Shown here in pieces: positions 50,087-62,194 of a stretch of DNA of 64,000 nt. Every line of letters begins with the position of its first letter. Within the stretch, counting starts at the first letter, position 1. The stretch covers positions 558,001 through 622,000 of the forward strand of contig JBPGPT010000008.1 of NCBI GenBank assembly GCA_051047955.1, in the 5' to 3' direction. A program made the translations under genes and the position numbers. The notes under the pieces were generated by a model, which was not told where the DNA came from, ran no database searches, and saw only the letters and a list, made by a program, of their open reading frames with translations. This DNA is from Cystobasidiomycetes sp. EMM_F5 (Eukaryota).

Positions 50087-51715
50087 TCAACCAGAGGAAG
50101 CGGGAGCGGCCGATCCAGCCTTCTGAGGACCATTCTTGATGAATGCAACGCCCTTTGAAATGTTGCTCTTGAGTTCGGGCAGGCATGCATCGATGAGCTT
50201 CTGCTCGGACGCATCGAGTTTGCCGACTGGGTGGATCTTTTCTACACCATTCTTGCCGAGCTCGATCTGAGAGCTGAAGAACTCGACGCCCTCGTACAAG
50301 TCGGAAGCGACGAAGGAGGGTGTGGTCTAGGAGAAGGACACCGGTAGATCAGTTGTCGAATACCCTTCAGAGGTGTTGTGAGTATGATTTGCTTACCAAG
50401 CCAGACTCGCCGTTGAGAGCTCGGAGGAGCGAGTCAGTGAAGACGGCACCTACAGACGGCACGCTTAGCCGGAAAAGACGAATGCACAACGCGCTGTCTT
50501 CTACATACCAGCATAAGCCATGGAGAGAGTAGCAGAACCAGCACCGTCCTTTGCCTTTACAACCTCATCACCACCAAACTGGATACGCTTTACGAGATCT
50601 GCGACCTTTTGGCCACCCTCAGAAAGGATGGAAGCAGCGTCCTTCTGTTGGGAGAGGAGCGGTACAATAGTGACACCGGAGTGACCACCAACGACGGTGA
50701 CGTTGACGTCCTTGGGGTCCTTGCCAGATAGGCCGGAAACGAAAGCCGAAGCACGAACAACGTCGAGGGTGGTTACACCAAACAGACGCTTGGGGTCGTA
50801 GACGCCTGCATTCTTGAATACCTCGGCGCAAATGGGAACGGTTGAGTTGACTGGGTTGGCAATGATGGCCAGGAATGCCTTTGGGCAGTGCTTGGCGCAA
50901 GCCTCGGCCAGATCGCGGACGATGGAGGCGTTGGTCTGGACAGTGAGCAGATTAAGTGACGGGTAGTACAGGCGATGTGAAATGTGCGCACGTTGAATAA
51001 ATCGTCACGGGTCATGCCTGGCTTGCGGGGAACACCAGCTGGGATGACGACAATTTCGGCACCTTCGAGGGTTTTTTTCAGACCATCATTGTCTGGCAGG
51101 AAGCCTTCGACCTTGGCGGGAGTGCTGAGGGAAAGCAAATTGAGCTCGTCGTTTCGCGGTGTCTATTCGATTCTGCTCACTTGATGTGGGAGACATCTGC
51201 GGCGACACCGGGCGAGCCTATCGAAAGTCCGAATGAACGGGCATCAGCGGGAACACGACGAATGACCACCATTCTTCCACACCTCGGATATCGTAGCACG
51301 TCAAGTGCGATACGAGTGGATTTTGCTGCAGCGGTCAAGGGAAGTCCGTCAAAGTCAGGAGCACGAAGCGCGGAAATCGAGACGACACACCTTGAGCAGC
51401 ATTGATAAGGGTTGACCGATTCCACCAGCGCTTCCTGTGTAGTCAATAAGTCAGTACACCGTCTGGGGCTTCAATGATTTCTGTTACAATTACCTGGGAG
51501 CGTGAATTTGAGCGGGGTGGTCGCAGGTCAGTCTTTGAAAGCGGGAAAAGCGACTAGGTCATTGATTACCTAGCACGGCGACTGTGGATAGTACATGTCA
51601 GTATTCACTCAAGTCCTCCCTGCCCTGCTATGAACCCACCCTTTGTATTTGATCTCGCCGAGGTCGCAAAACCGCGGGCGATGTGCGATTTGAGCATGGT
51701 AATTCTGGCGAGCAT
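50087..51715 (-). CDS. MDH1: Mitochondrial malate dehydrogenase (intron-rich)
   Basis: Presequence [102 protein letters not shown]. Confidence 0.97.
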
Positions 51716-52597
51716 ATTGGGGCAGACTGTGTGTAGCTGTGTGCAAGTGTAGGCTGTTGTACTTTGCTGACTTGTGAGTAATGATGCAAAAAGAAGAGGA
51801 ATCAACCTCGAAAAGGTCCATTGCAGTTGCAAGTTGGAAGGCGACGAGGACCACGTCAGAAGTCTACATCGATGGAAGCCTTGAGCGCAGCTGCGTGTCC
51901 ATGCAAAGCTGTACTGGACACGAAAGCATCAATCTTTCAAGTTCCCGTTTGATGCCAGCTTTACACATCCCAATGCTCCATTGTATCAATCATAAGCTAA
52001 AGATCCACACCCGCACAGCTTTCTACAGCACGAAACTGCACAACTACATCATTACCCATCGCATCACCTTGTACTGCTGTGTCACCTCTCCGCGACTCCT
52101 AAACTCGTTGATCCCTGAAAACAGTCATGGAAACGCTGCGCAGTTTGAATCACGCTGCTTGGAGAAGTGATAAGTAGGCTGATGGACAAGTGTCTGAGGA
52201 TATACTCACAGACGCGCATTGGGAACTCCGTCCTCTTCCACCTCTTTGCTCACCTCGAGGATACGCCCAACTTCCCCGCAATCTCGGGATGGCTAGTCAA
52301 GTTCTGAACGGTCCGTGTCTTGCCTTACCTCATACTTCACCAGGTCTCGGCCCATGAAAGCACGACTGTGAGCGCAGGGATCAGCGGCAACGTCTTCGAG
52401 CGTCGAAGGTCTGGTTTGGTCTGGACCGGACCTAATACCCGTCGGCAAAAGCAGTCGAGGGTCTGCATCTCGGCAAACCTCTCGTTTGCATCGTTGAGAC
52501 TCTCCTCTCATCCACTCTCTTCTCATCCATTTGCTTTCAGTAATCTAGTCACAATTGTCCACCCCCCTCACTCATCACTACTACCCTTCCAAGCAGA

Positions 52598-52950
52598 ATG
52601 CCTCCGACTGTCGGTGCAGGGATCGCCGGGCAGTTGAGCGTGAAGGAAGTCGTGGCAAGAACCTCACAACAAATAGGTGTGTCCGTTCCATGCACATGTA
52701 CTCTGCACGTCGTAGCAAGGAGGCTCAACGTGCTTCTTATCTTTGTCAGCTGGCCAAACAGGCGGCGGAGACAGCAGCGGAGGGGAAGGAGATGGTGGAG
52801 ATGCTGGAGATGTAAGTGGGTTTGCTGAGGACTGCCCACTTCATACAGCATACACTGAAAATGTTGCGCTTTCGTCCACGTCGGCAGGACGGTTGCTGCG
52901 ACAGCTGTTGCGAGTGCTGCAGCCTCTTGAGCGATTGCTGCATCTCCTGA
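52598..52950 (+). CDS. 67-aa Gly/Asp-rich protein with Cys-rich tail ending in a CaaX-type motif (3 exons)
   Basis: Exons 52598-52676, 52750-52811 and 52888-52950 with GT-AG introns (second donor GTAAGT) give MPPTVGAGIAGQLSVKEVVARTSQQIAGQTGGGDSSGGEGDGGDAGDDGCCDSCCECCSLLSDCCIS*. Confidence 0.72.
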
Positions 52951-53198
52951 CCATCAAGCTGCCGGAATGCAGTACAAGACAGGAGCAGGGGTATTCTGAA
53001 GAGATCCTTCCACGTGAGATGGAGCTGGCGCAGGATACAGAAAACAACGTGCAAAGGAGTAAACGGATGGACGGAAGGAGACGGAGAGTGTTTGCATAGT
53101 GAACTCAGCAACATTACGAATGCCAGCCTGTATCGAGTCACTTTGACGCGCACCATTTGTGCTTTTCATCTTTCAAAGCTTTTTGACTGTTCACAACC

Positions 53199-56100
53199 AT
53201 GACCCGCCCACGGTGGATGGACTATGAGCCGTCCATTGTGCTGGACGACGATGACCATGTCGAGGATGTTGCTGTCCAGTCAAAGGTCGAGGCCGCCTTG
53301 CAATGCCTCCTCGATACTGAAGTTGATAAACATCGTCAATCCAAGCTGAGGGTGGATGAGCTGGTGCTGCTGGAGCGCGAGGCATGCTACAAGGTGAGCA
53401 TCGTGATTGGACTGCTCAAATATCCCGCTGACCGTGTATCGCTTCCCAATATGTTGCTCGCTAACCCGCGTTTGTTGACGTTTGTTTACTCGCAGCTGTC
53501 ATTGGAAACTGCCCGGGCAGACGCAATGGAGGACAGCTTGAAGGCCATGACGGCTCAGCTGGCACTCGAGCATACGCGGAGAGACAACCTGCAGCAGGCA
53601 CTGGACTCGACGCGCTCAAAGTTGGATGGCCTGGAGAGGGAGAGCAAGACTCGTACAAGAGACGCAGAATCCAGCGAATGGCATCAGTTGGACGGGCTGA
53701 ATCGTCAACTTGACGCACTACAAAAGAAGCTAAAGGTCGCTGCGGACGGCGAAGCATTCTGGAAGGATAGGGCAAGGACGGCTGAACTGGCAGTCGAGAA
53801 CGCCACTCGCAACAATAACAAGACTACGCGACATGACGAAGGTGTCGTAAAATTGCAGGATGCACCATGTATTGCCTGTATAGCACAAAGAGAGGAAAAC
53901 GAAACGCTCGGAACACAACTCCGACAGTCTCAAGCCAATTTAGAGTCAATCTCCTCAGCCAAGCATACAGCCGACAGCAAGAATCTACAATTATCAAATG
54001 CTCTGGCAGCCTTGGAGAAGACACTAGCGAGCCGCACAGCTGAACTTCAAGACGAGCTACAGGATGCGCGGCAGGATCTGGCCATCTTTACAGTACAGAG
54101 TGAAGAGCAAGTAAACGAGCTCGAGAGGAGACTGCACGAGTATGAGCAAGCGACAACCGCCAATGTCGCAGATATCGCCGGCACGCGTCGTCGACTCGAG
54201 GAACAGCTCGTCGTAAATGACAGCCTGCTGACCCAGCTCGCGGAAGCGGAAAGGCGGATGGACGATGCGGAGAGCCGTCTGGTCGAGGTTTTCAAGGACA
54301 AATCACGGGAAGTGCCCTCGAGCGTCGCGGCATCGCCAAATTCCTCTCAGATCTTACTTGACACTCCGGACGCCTCGCTTGAGCGGGGCGACAAGGAAGT
54401 TCTGTCTAATCGCTTGGCATTATGTCAGGAAGAGTTACGGATTGCTCAGAGTGATAAAACAGCGCTCGAAAACGACTGTGAAGCACTGTCGCTGCAAGTG
54501 ACCCACTTGACGAGCGAGTTGCAGGTGCGCGACGAACGCATCTCTGGGTTATCCGATGATCGCGAAGTCAATGACAATGCAAGCATTGCGACATATCAGC
54601 ATCTTCAAGCAGAATGCAAGACTTTGACGGAAGCGCTCAAAGACCGGGAAGAGGATATCTTCTCCACTCGCGCCGAACTCGAAAGTCTGAAACGGGACGC
54701 CCTCTCTCTGCGGGATCAGCTCCAGTCACAGTCAGCACAGTCGTCATCGCCCCGCCAACATCGTCGGCCATCATCCATACCTTTTTGTCCTTCTCCACTC
54801 CGTCAAGCTAGTTTCCCACCTCCATCCTATTCTTCGACTGTCGGAGCAAAGTTGTCAAGTCTGTCGATGCGAGATAATCAAGAACAAGCTGTTGTACTTG
54901 TGGCGAGACTCAGACAGGAGAGGGATGATGCGATCGATCAGCTCGAATACCACGTTGCCGAGAGTGCGGTTGCGAATAAGGCGCTGCAGGAAGATTTGGC
55001 AGTCTTGAAAAACGAGAAGAGTGAATTGGATCAGCTTCTGCAAAATTTTAAGACTGTGGTGAAGAAGAAGGAGGATCTTCTGGCAGCTGCAGATGCTGAC
55101 GTCCAGAGACTCTTGGTAGCGGAGAAAGACTTGAGTTCGACAGTACTTGCGCTGCAAATCAAGCTCCAAGAGGGAGACACCGCCCACCAAGGTACTCTAC
55201 AGCAGTTGCAAGATCTTGAGAACGAGATTGGAAGTCTTGACAGCGAGAGAGATAGGCAAAAGCTGGAGCTTGCTCGTACATGCGAGGATCGTCGGGTTGC
55301 CCAAGGCACCGTTACATTGTTACGAGCATCGCACGATGCTTTGCAAGCGCAGATACTGGACAGCGAGCTTCACTGGCATACAGCCGCCAACAACATGAAG
55401 CAGAAAACTGATATGTATCACGCGGAGCGCACTGGCCTCGAAATTGAAATTTCTGCCAAACAGCAAGAATTTAAAGCTGTCGAAGAGAAGCTCGCTGATA
55501 CGGCAATGCAGCTCGAGGGAGCTCAGAATCTGGCATTGCAATTGGAGACGCAACTGAAAGAGCAAGCTGTTCGATCCGAACTCTGCGAGGCGGAGACCCA
55601 AAAAGTCGTTATTCGCTTGGAATCCGAGCTAGCGGACATCATGGCTCAGCGTACTCGTGATACGGGAGAACATGTGCGAGCTCAACAAAAGTTGCAAGAC
55701 TCGCTAGACCAAGCCGCCGTATCGTACCGCCACGCTCACGATACTATTGGACGCCTCCAGCTCCAATTGGCGGATCAGGCGGTGCTCATAGAAGAGTCTG
55801 CAGCGGAGACAGAGGCCAGCGCTGCATCCGCCGATGGTGTTACAAAATTGGTAATCGCATTGGCAATATCGGCACGAGACGCAACGCGACTTCGCGCGAC
55901 GATGCGATCATTGCTTGCCGCGGCAGTGATAAAGACTGGCCGACTGAGTGACGAAATTAGCAGAAGGATTGGTATGCAGCAAGCCAATGAGAGCTTATCT
56001 GCCGAAGCAGCGGAGCAGCAATTGACTCTGGACAGCGTAACTGCGCGCCTTACACAGCTGGTCGATCATGTTCATAGCAGCGATGAGGCCACTGCCGTCC

Positions 56101-57525
56101 TTCGAGCTCAATACGAAGAAGCATTACAGCGTAACGGACAACTCGAAGCAAAGCTGTCGCAAATGGATCACCAAGATTCTGCTGGCCTCCTAATCGATCT
56201 TGCTTCCCGGAATCGCGAGATAGAGCAACTTCGACACAAATATGCAATCGCACAACAAGACCTGGAAGTATCTCAAGTAGACTTGAGAAAGGCTCTGGCG
56301 GAGATTGATGCACTTCGGAATGAGCTTCACCTTCAACAGGAGGAAGGCAGAGATCTCGTTGCGGACTTTAACCGCTTATCTGGAGAGATGGAGCAGCTTG
56401 AACAACAGGATCAAACTAGGCGAGTGCAACAATTATTTCACTCTTCGCCGATCTGCTGCTAATTGACATCTTCCTCCGCTCGACAGGAGCATGCACAGTG
56501 AAACTCAGGAGAGAAAGCTCGCCGAAGCTGTGGAACACAATAAAGAGCTAGCCCTGCAGAGGGATGAGCTAGTTGTAAGCTTGAGTGACCTGGAAAGTAG
56601 ACTGAAAGACCTTGCTGCAGACTTGGAAAATAGACAGGCAGAAATGGAGGAGGTCAGTCCACCTGATCCTGTTTGAATTACTTTTCTCTAACATTGCTGG
56701 CAGACGGACGATCGATATCTCGAATCGTTAAAGAAGATCAAGAAACAGGATATTCAGCTAGACAAGCTTCGCGTACGGGTCGAGGCACTTTCACGTGCTA
56801 ATACTCTGCTTTCTCAAGCCGTTCCTCCCAGCGTCTTGCCGGACGTTATGGCTCCCGCTCCCTCATCTGCCACGAAACGCGGTCTGCCTGATGATTTCGT
56901 GGCGAAAGACTTGGGTCCTGCCGCCATCATTACCACAAACTCCCGCTCTTTGACCATTGCTTCAGAAGTCGAGGTCAAAGCTCACGAATTCGCCGTCAAG
57001 TCCGACGCCAGCGGAGCGCGGGTTGTGGATACTCAGATGATGGTGCACAGCGTCGTGGCGGTGGAAATTCCCGAGCAACCCCCGCAAGCACTAGTAACAG
57101 CATTTGATTCCGCCGAAAAGCCTCGAAGGTTGTCAAGCAGGCCGATCTCGAGAGCTCCGACAGCCCCTTTGGGAGCAGCGAGACCTAGACAGCCTCTTTC
57201 TGCATTGTCAACGCAACCGCGCAGTACAGCTACGCAAAAGGAAGTTCAAAAGTCGGAGAAAGCCGCTGTGGAGCCACTCAAAGCGGTCAAGCTACCTCCA
57301 ACGATTACGGAGCAACCGACGAAAGCATCCAGTCAGCCTCTTAGACCGATAGCTCCGCTTGGATCACGTCCGGCATATAAACCGACCGCTGCGCTTGGCT
57401 CGAAAGGTCTTAGTAGCAGATCTAGCATAGCTGCACAACAACAGCAGAGAAGTACCGACACTAAAGCTCTCCTTGCAAGTCTTCAAGTGCTCAAAAGACC
57501 CGCGGCGCAATTGGATCAGCAATAA
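53199..57525 (+). CDS. Large coiled-coil protein of unknown function (more than 1200 aa) with disordered basic C-terminus
   Basis: 1087-aa heptad-rich ORF plus downstream exons (about 56488-56652, about 56704-57525). No catalytic motif recognised. Confidence 0.8.
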
Positions 57526-57734
57526 CCAGTATCTTGCATTCGCTGCGTATCCCGTCCGGAACACTATGATGTCTTTCGTAACGGGCCTCGAATGACCAAT
57601 CATTGTAGCGATATCAGTTTTTGCTTGCTGGAGGAATCAACCTGTTTATACATATCCTGTCGTTGTACTATTACAGCCAGTCTGCACTCTGAACAGTGGC
57701 TGCATTGCTACAAACTCATCGGCGCGGAATGTGT

Positions 57735-59331
57735 TTATCTCCGCTTTTCAGTCTTTGGCAGTGAGAGCATTGCAGGTGCGCTCCCCGCATGCGTTAGACT
57801 TGGTCGGTCTGTTGCATCGCGTAGATGCTGGGTAAAGAATCGCTCATGCGCTAGTTGTTGCTCGTGCTGCGCGTGATATTGGGTGTGTGATCGTCGATAC
57901 GAGGTTATTGTCGTGTTTGTAAACGAGATGATGAGAAATAAAACGGCCAGAAGGAAGAGCTGCGGTACTCTTGTTAGCACATCACAATGGGGTGCGCTAA
58001 AAACTGCAGTGGCGCTTACCATCGTCCTCCACGACACCGTCTCTACAAAGCCATTCACTACTTCCGCTAGCGTTTCCGCTCCGACTCTTGCCACGCCTAC
58101 GACTTTTGGGTTTCTATTCATACAATGTTCCCACTCCCTACATGACCTGTCCATAGCCGGTACTCTCGTCTCAGGAGCACATCGATTCGCCATGTACGCC
58201 TCCGAGCAGTGCAAGATTGACTGATGCAATTCCATCGAGACTTCCTTTGTACGATCCGAGATGTCGCCGCGCAGCATGATGACGAATGAGATGAGGAGAT
58301 AGAGACCTAGCAGGACCAGAAATAGATTAAAGGCGAATTGAAGGTAGCCAAGAAGAATGTAGGGTCCTTCTTCTCGCCACCATGTGCTAGGTTGCGGGAT
58401 GCTGCCTTTGGAGTCGACGGAGGGTGTGTATGGAGAGGGAATAGAAAGTGATGTCGGACCAAAGTTGAAAGAGTCGCTGCTTTTTGAGGGATCGTATGTT
58501 TGTGAGGGAAAATGATAGTTGTGGTTGTGTAGAGATAGATGGACTGGCTGCTGCGTTTCTGTGCGCCGGTCTTTCCGCCGCTGGGATTGTAGACAGACGT
58601 TGTCAGCACACTCAATACGAACATTTCGCGTTTCGGGCAAGCGGCGTACCAGCATATTGCGTATTGGCGCTGCCGTGCCGGAAGATGCTCGCGTTTGTGC
58701 ACTTGTTGCGCTCTTTGCGTCCTCGACACCATTGTCACTTTCTCTTTCCTCCTGGTCATCTGTTATTGTCGCAGATGCAAGCTTGGCTACCTGCCAATCT
58801 TTCCGTTTTCCCCTCTCCTTCTTTTCTCTAACTACCGCTCCCGCTGCAATTTCTCTAGCGACTGGGTGCATTTCCACATCTCCGACGTCTGTCCTCTGAA
58901 CACTATCATGTGGCTTGTCGTCGACTTCCATATCTTGTGTCTGTACCTCCTCCCCAGAGGACGGTATCGAAGCTGAATGAAACATAAAGGGCGTGTAGGT
59001 CGACGATGCAGCGGAAGTGGAAGCGGATTTATACGTCAAGGCCAGAGGACTTTTTAGATGCAAACTCGTCGAAGCACAGCTCCAATCATCCACGTCCATT
59101 TCCCCATGATGCCCTGCAGACGAGGAGACCGAATACGAGGGGAGAGCATCAGAAACGGGTCATTAGTCTCATCGCACAGCGATATGATGGACAGGAATGC
59201 AGCGCACGCTTCCGTGGAGGCTGGTTCTCCTTGTCGTCTAGCGACCAGCCAGACGCCCGCATTGAGCGCGACGTTGATGGCGCTGGCAGGGTACGGCGCG
59301 GTGGAGCTACGCCGATGAGCGAGGACGACAT
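57735..59331 (-). CDS. BRR6: Brr6/Brl1 nuclear-envelope protein
   Basis: TM YLQFAFNLFLVLLGLYLL, four-Cys luminal domain CSEAYMANRC...RVPAMDRSCREWEHCMNRNP, AETLAEVVNGFVETVSWRT, second TM. First exon at 59331 splices as RKR|HHGEMDVD. Confidence 0.9.
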
Positions 59332-59444
59332 GGTGCATGTAGTGGCAGTATTAGGCGTCGAGGGAGTGACCGCCAGTCGGATTATTGGAAAGATGTGGTT
59401 TCAAAATGCAAATTACGGGTTACTTTCAATCCAACACCTGCAAT

Positions 59445-60736
59445 ATGGCAGAAGCTGGTAGAGGTGGGCTGCGATAACAGTATGGGAGCATATGACCATG
59501 TCTGAGCACCATTATACCCGCAGAGGTAGAGCTGCAGGCTCCATCCGACGCCATTACCGCAGCCAGCTTCCACCCGACAGACCCAGACCGGCTGCTCGTT
59601 TCCTCATGGGACAATGTGGGTGTGATTGTGTTAAAAGTACACTTAAATACCCCGCTGAAGTGTCGAATTGGCAGACCATACGCCTCTACAGCCCGTCCTC
59701 GCCGACGAGCGTCACCAGCTATACACCGTCAAGAGGACCCGTTCTGGATGTAGGATGGGGCGCAGACAGCTCAAAAGCATACAGTGCGTGTCTGGACAAG
59801 ACTCTGGTCGAGTGGGTTTGGAAGAATCGGCCGGCATATGGCTGGAATGGCTGATGGGGAATTGCATTGAAATCCTGCAGAACCGATCTGGCGACATCAA
59901 CGCACAGAGTAATTGCAGTGCACGATGACGCAGTGAGATGCGTAACATACCTGCAGTCTTCCAGTGAGCATGCTCCGAGTACAAGTTTCAAGCAAGGTAT
60001 TCAGCTAATCTGTGAATTTGCAGACTGCCTCGTATCGGCCGGATGGGATAGCACACTCCGCCTACACGATCCCCGCAGCTCAACACCATCCAACACGGCA
60101 TCCAGCGTCATCCTCAAACTCCCTTCAAAGGCCTTTTCTATGGATGCAGCTGGCGACAAGCTAGTTATCGCCATGGCACAACGGCACGTCGCCATCTATG
60201 ACCAACGCATGCTCGGTGAAGCAACTTCCAAACTCCCAACGCAAACAACAGTCGAACCTTTCCAATCGCGCGAAAACAGCCTGAAGTTTATGACGAGGAG
60301 TGTGAGGTGTATGCCAAACGGGAAGGGGTATGCGAGCAGTTCTATTGAAGGGAGGGTAGCAGTCGAGTATTTCGACATGGACTCTGCGACGCAAAAAGGG
60401 CATTTCGCATTCAAGTGTCATCGAAGCGCAGTGGACGGCGTCGACACCGTCTATCCCGTCAATGCACTCGCCTTCCATCCGTCCCAGGGGACGTTTGCGA
60501 CGGGAGGAGGGGACGCAGTGGTGTCGATCTGGGATCCACAAGCAAAGAAGAGGTTGAGGCAGTTGCCGAAATATCCAGCGAGCGTATCGGCGCTGTCGTT
60601 CAATGCGGACGGGACAAAACTGGCTATTGCCTGTGCGGTGGTGGAAGAGGAACAGCAACCTACGCCGGCGGGAGCAAAGAATGCGTTGGTGGTGAGGACA
60701 GTCGGTGATGATTGCAAGCCAAAGACGAAGGCGTGA
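59445..60736 (+). CDS. BUB3: Spindle checkpoint WD40 protein Bub3
   Basis: MAEA|EVELQAPSDAITAASFHP...LLVSSWD, RENSLKFMTRSVRCMPNGKGYASSSIEGRVAVEYFD, FAFKCHR, VYPVNALAFHP..GTFATGGGD, KKRLRQLPKY. Confidence 0.93.
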
Positions 60737-61012
60737 TGCGTAAAGAAGTGGTTTCGACGTTGTTGGAGACGGTGTAAATTGGAATGGAATTCAAGGTCGT
60801 CATCGGAATGAGCTTGTTGTGGGATTGCCTTGCCGTGTAAGTTATTGTGATTGCGTGCATTCCTGTGCATGCATTTCAAGTGTTTGTTGTTTGTTTTGAT
60901 CGACGGTGTCATTATAAATTGACAATCCCATTTCTCTACTCCTCTTTCCTCTGCTCACACTGCTCCTCTTCAACACTTTTAATCAACAACAACCAACCAA
61001 CCAACATTTACA

Positions 61013-61673
<661 letters not shown>

Positions 61674-62194
61674 TGAGCGGAGTCTATGTCGATATGCTCA
61701 CGCGTCGACGTCTCACGACTCGTACCCTCTACTGGATGCCCGGCTGTTCACTCGATCTATCCCATCGTCCCTGCTACCCGTCATTGTCAATTGGTCAATA
61801 ACAACCCTGGCTACCGGTCCACCGTCTGTCGTCTCTTACGACGACAATCACACTCTCTTTCGCCATTCCACCCGTCCAGTATGTGCTAGTGTCGCGTCGA
61901 CTTCAATCTGATGTTGGCTATACACCTCGCCCTGGCTATTCCTGATACAAATCTTGTCTTTGTTTCACATGTTTGTTTCCTGTCAAAGAGGGCAGCAGCG
62001 TTGTATTTTCGTTTACAATCCACCTGCTTCGTCTAGCCTCGACGTGTCTGTCTTCTGTTTGCTCTCAATGATATCGAGGATGAAGTCTTGAAGTGCTCGT
62101 ATTCGACCATCCAACATGTTGAATTCGTAACAGTGCTGCCAGTCTTCTCTGCCGTAGTTCTCTGTAGCCATATCCAACCCACTGCTCCCTCAAG

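Noticed and set aside
52598..52950. Mating pheromone gene or MAT locus
   Set aside because: CaaX is present, but there are no repeated pheromone units, and no STE3 receptor, STE20 or homeodomain genes were seen in the window.
52549..53169. Minus-strand ORFs read as a Som1-like or other gene
   Set aside because: No consistent splice model; they are best explained as antisense shadows of the plus-strand Cys-rich gene.
53199..57525. Assignment as pericentrin/Pcp1, myosin or SMC protein
   Set aside because: No PACT, motor or ATPase motifs recognised; coiled-coil similarity alone is uninformative.
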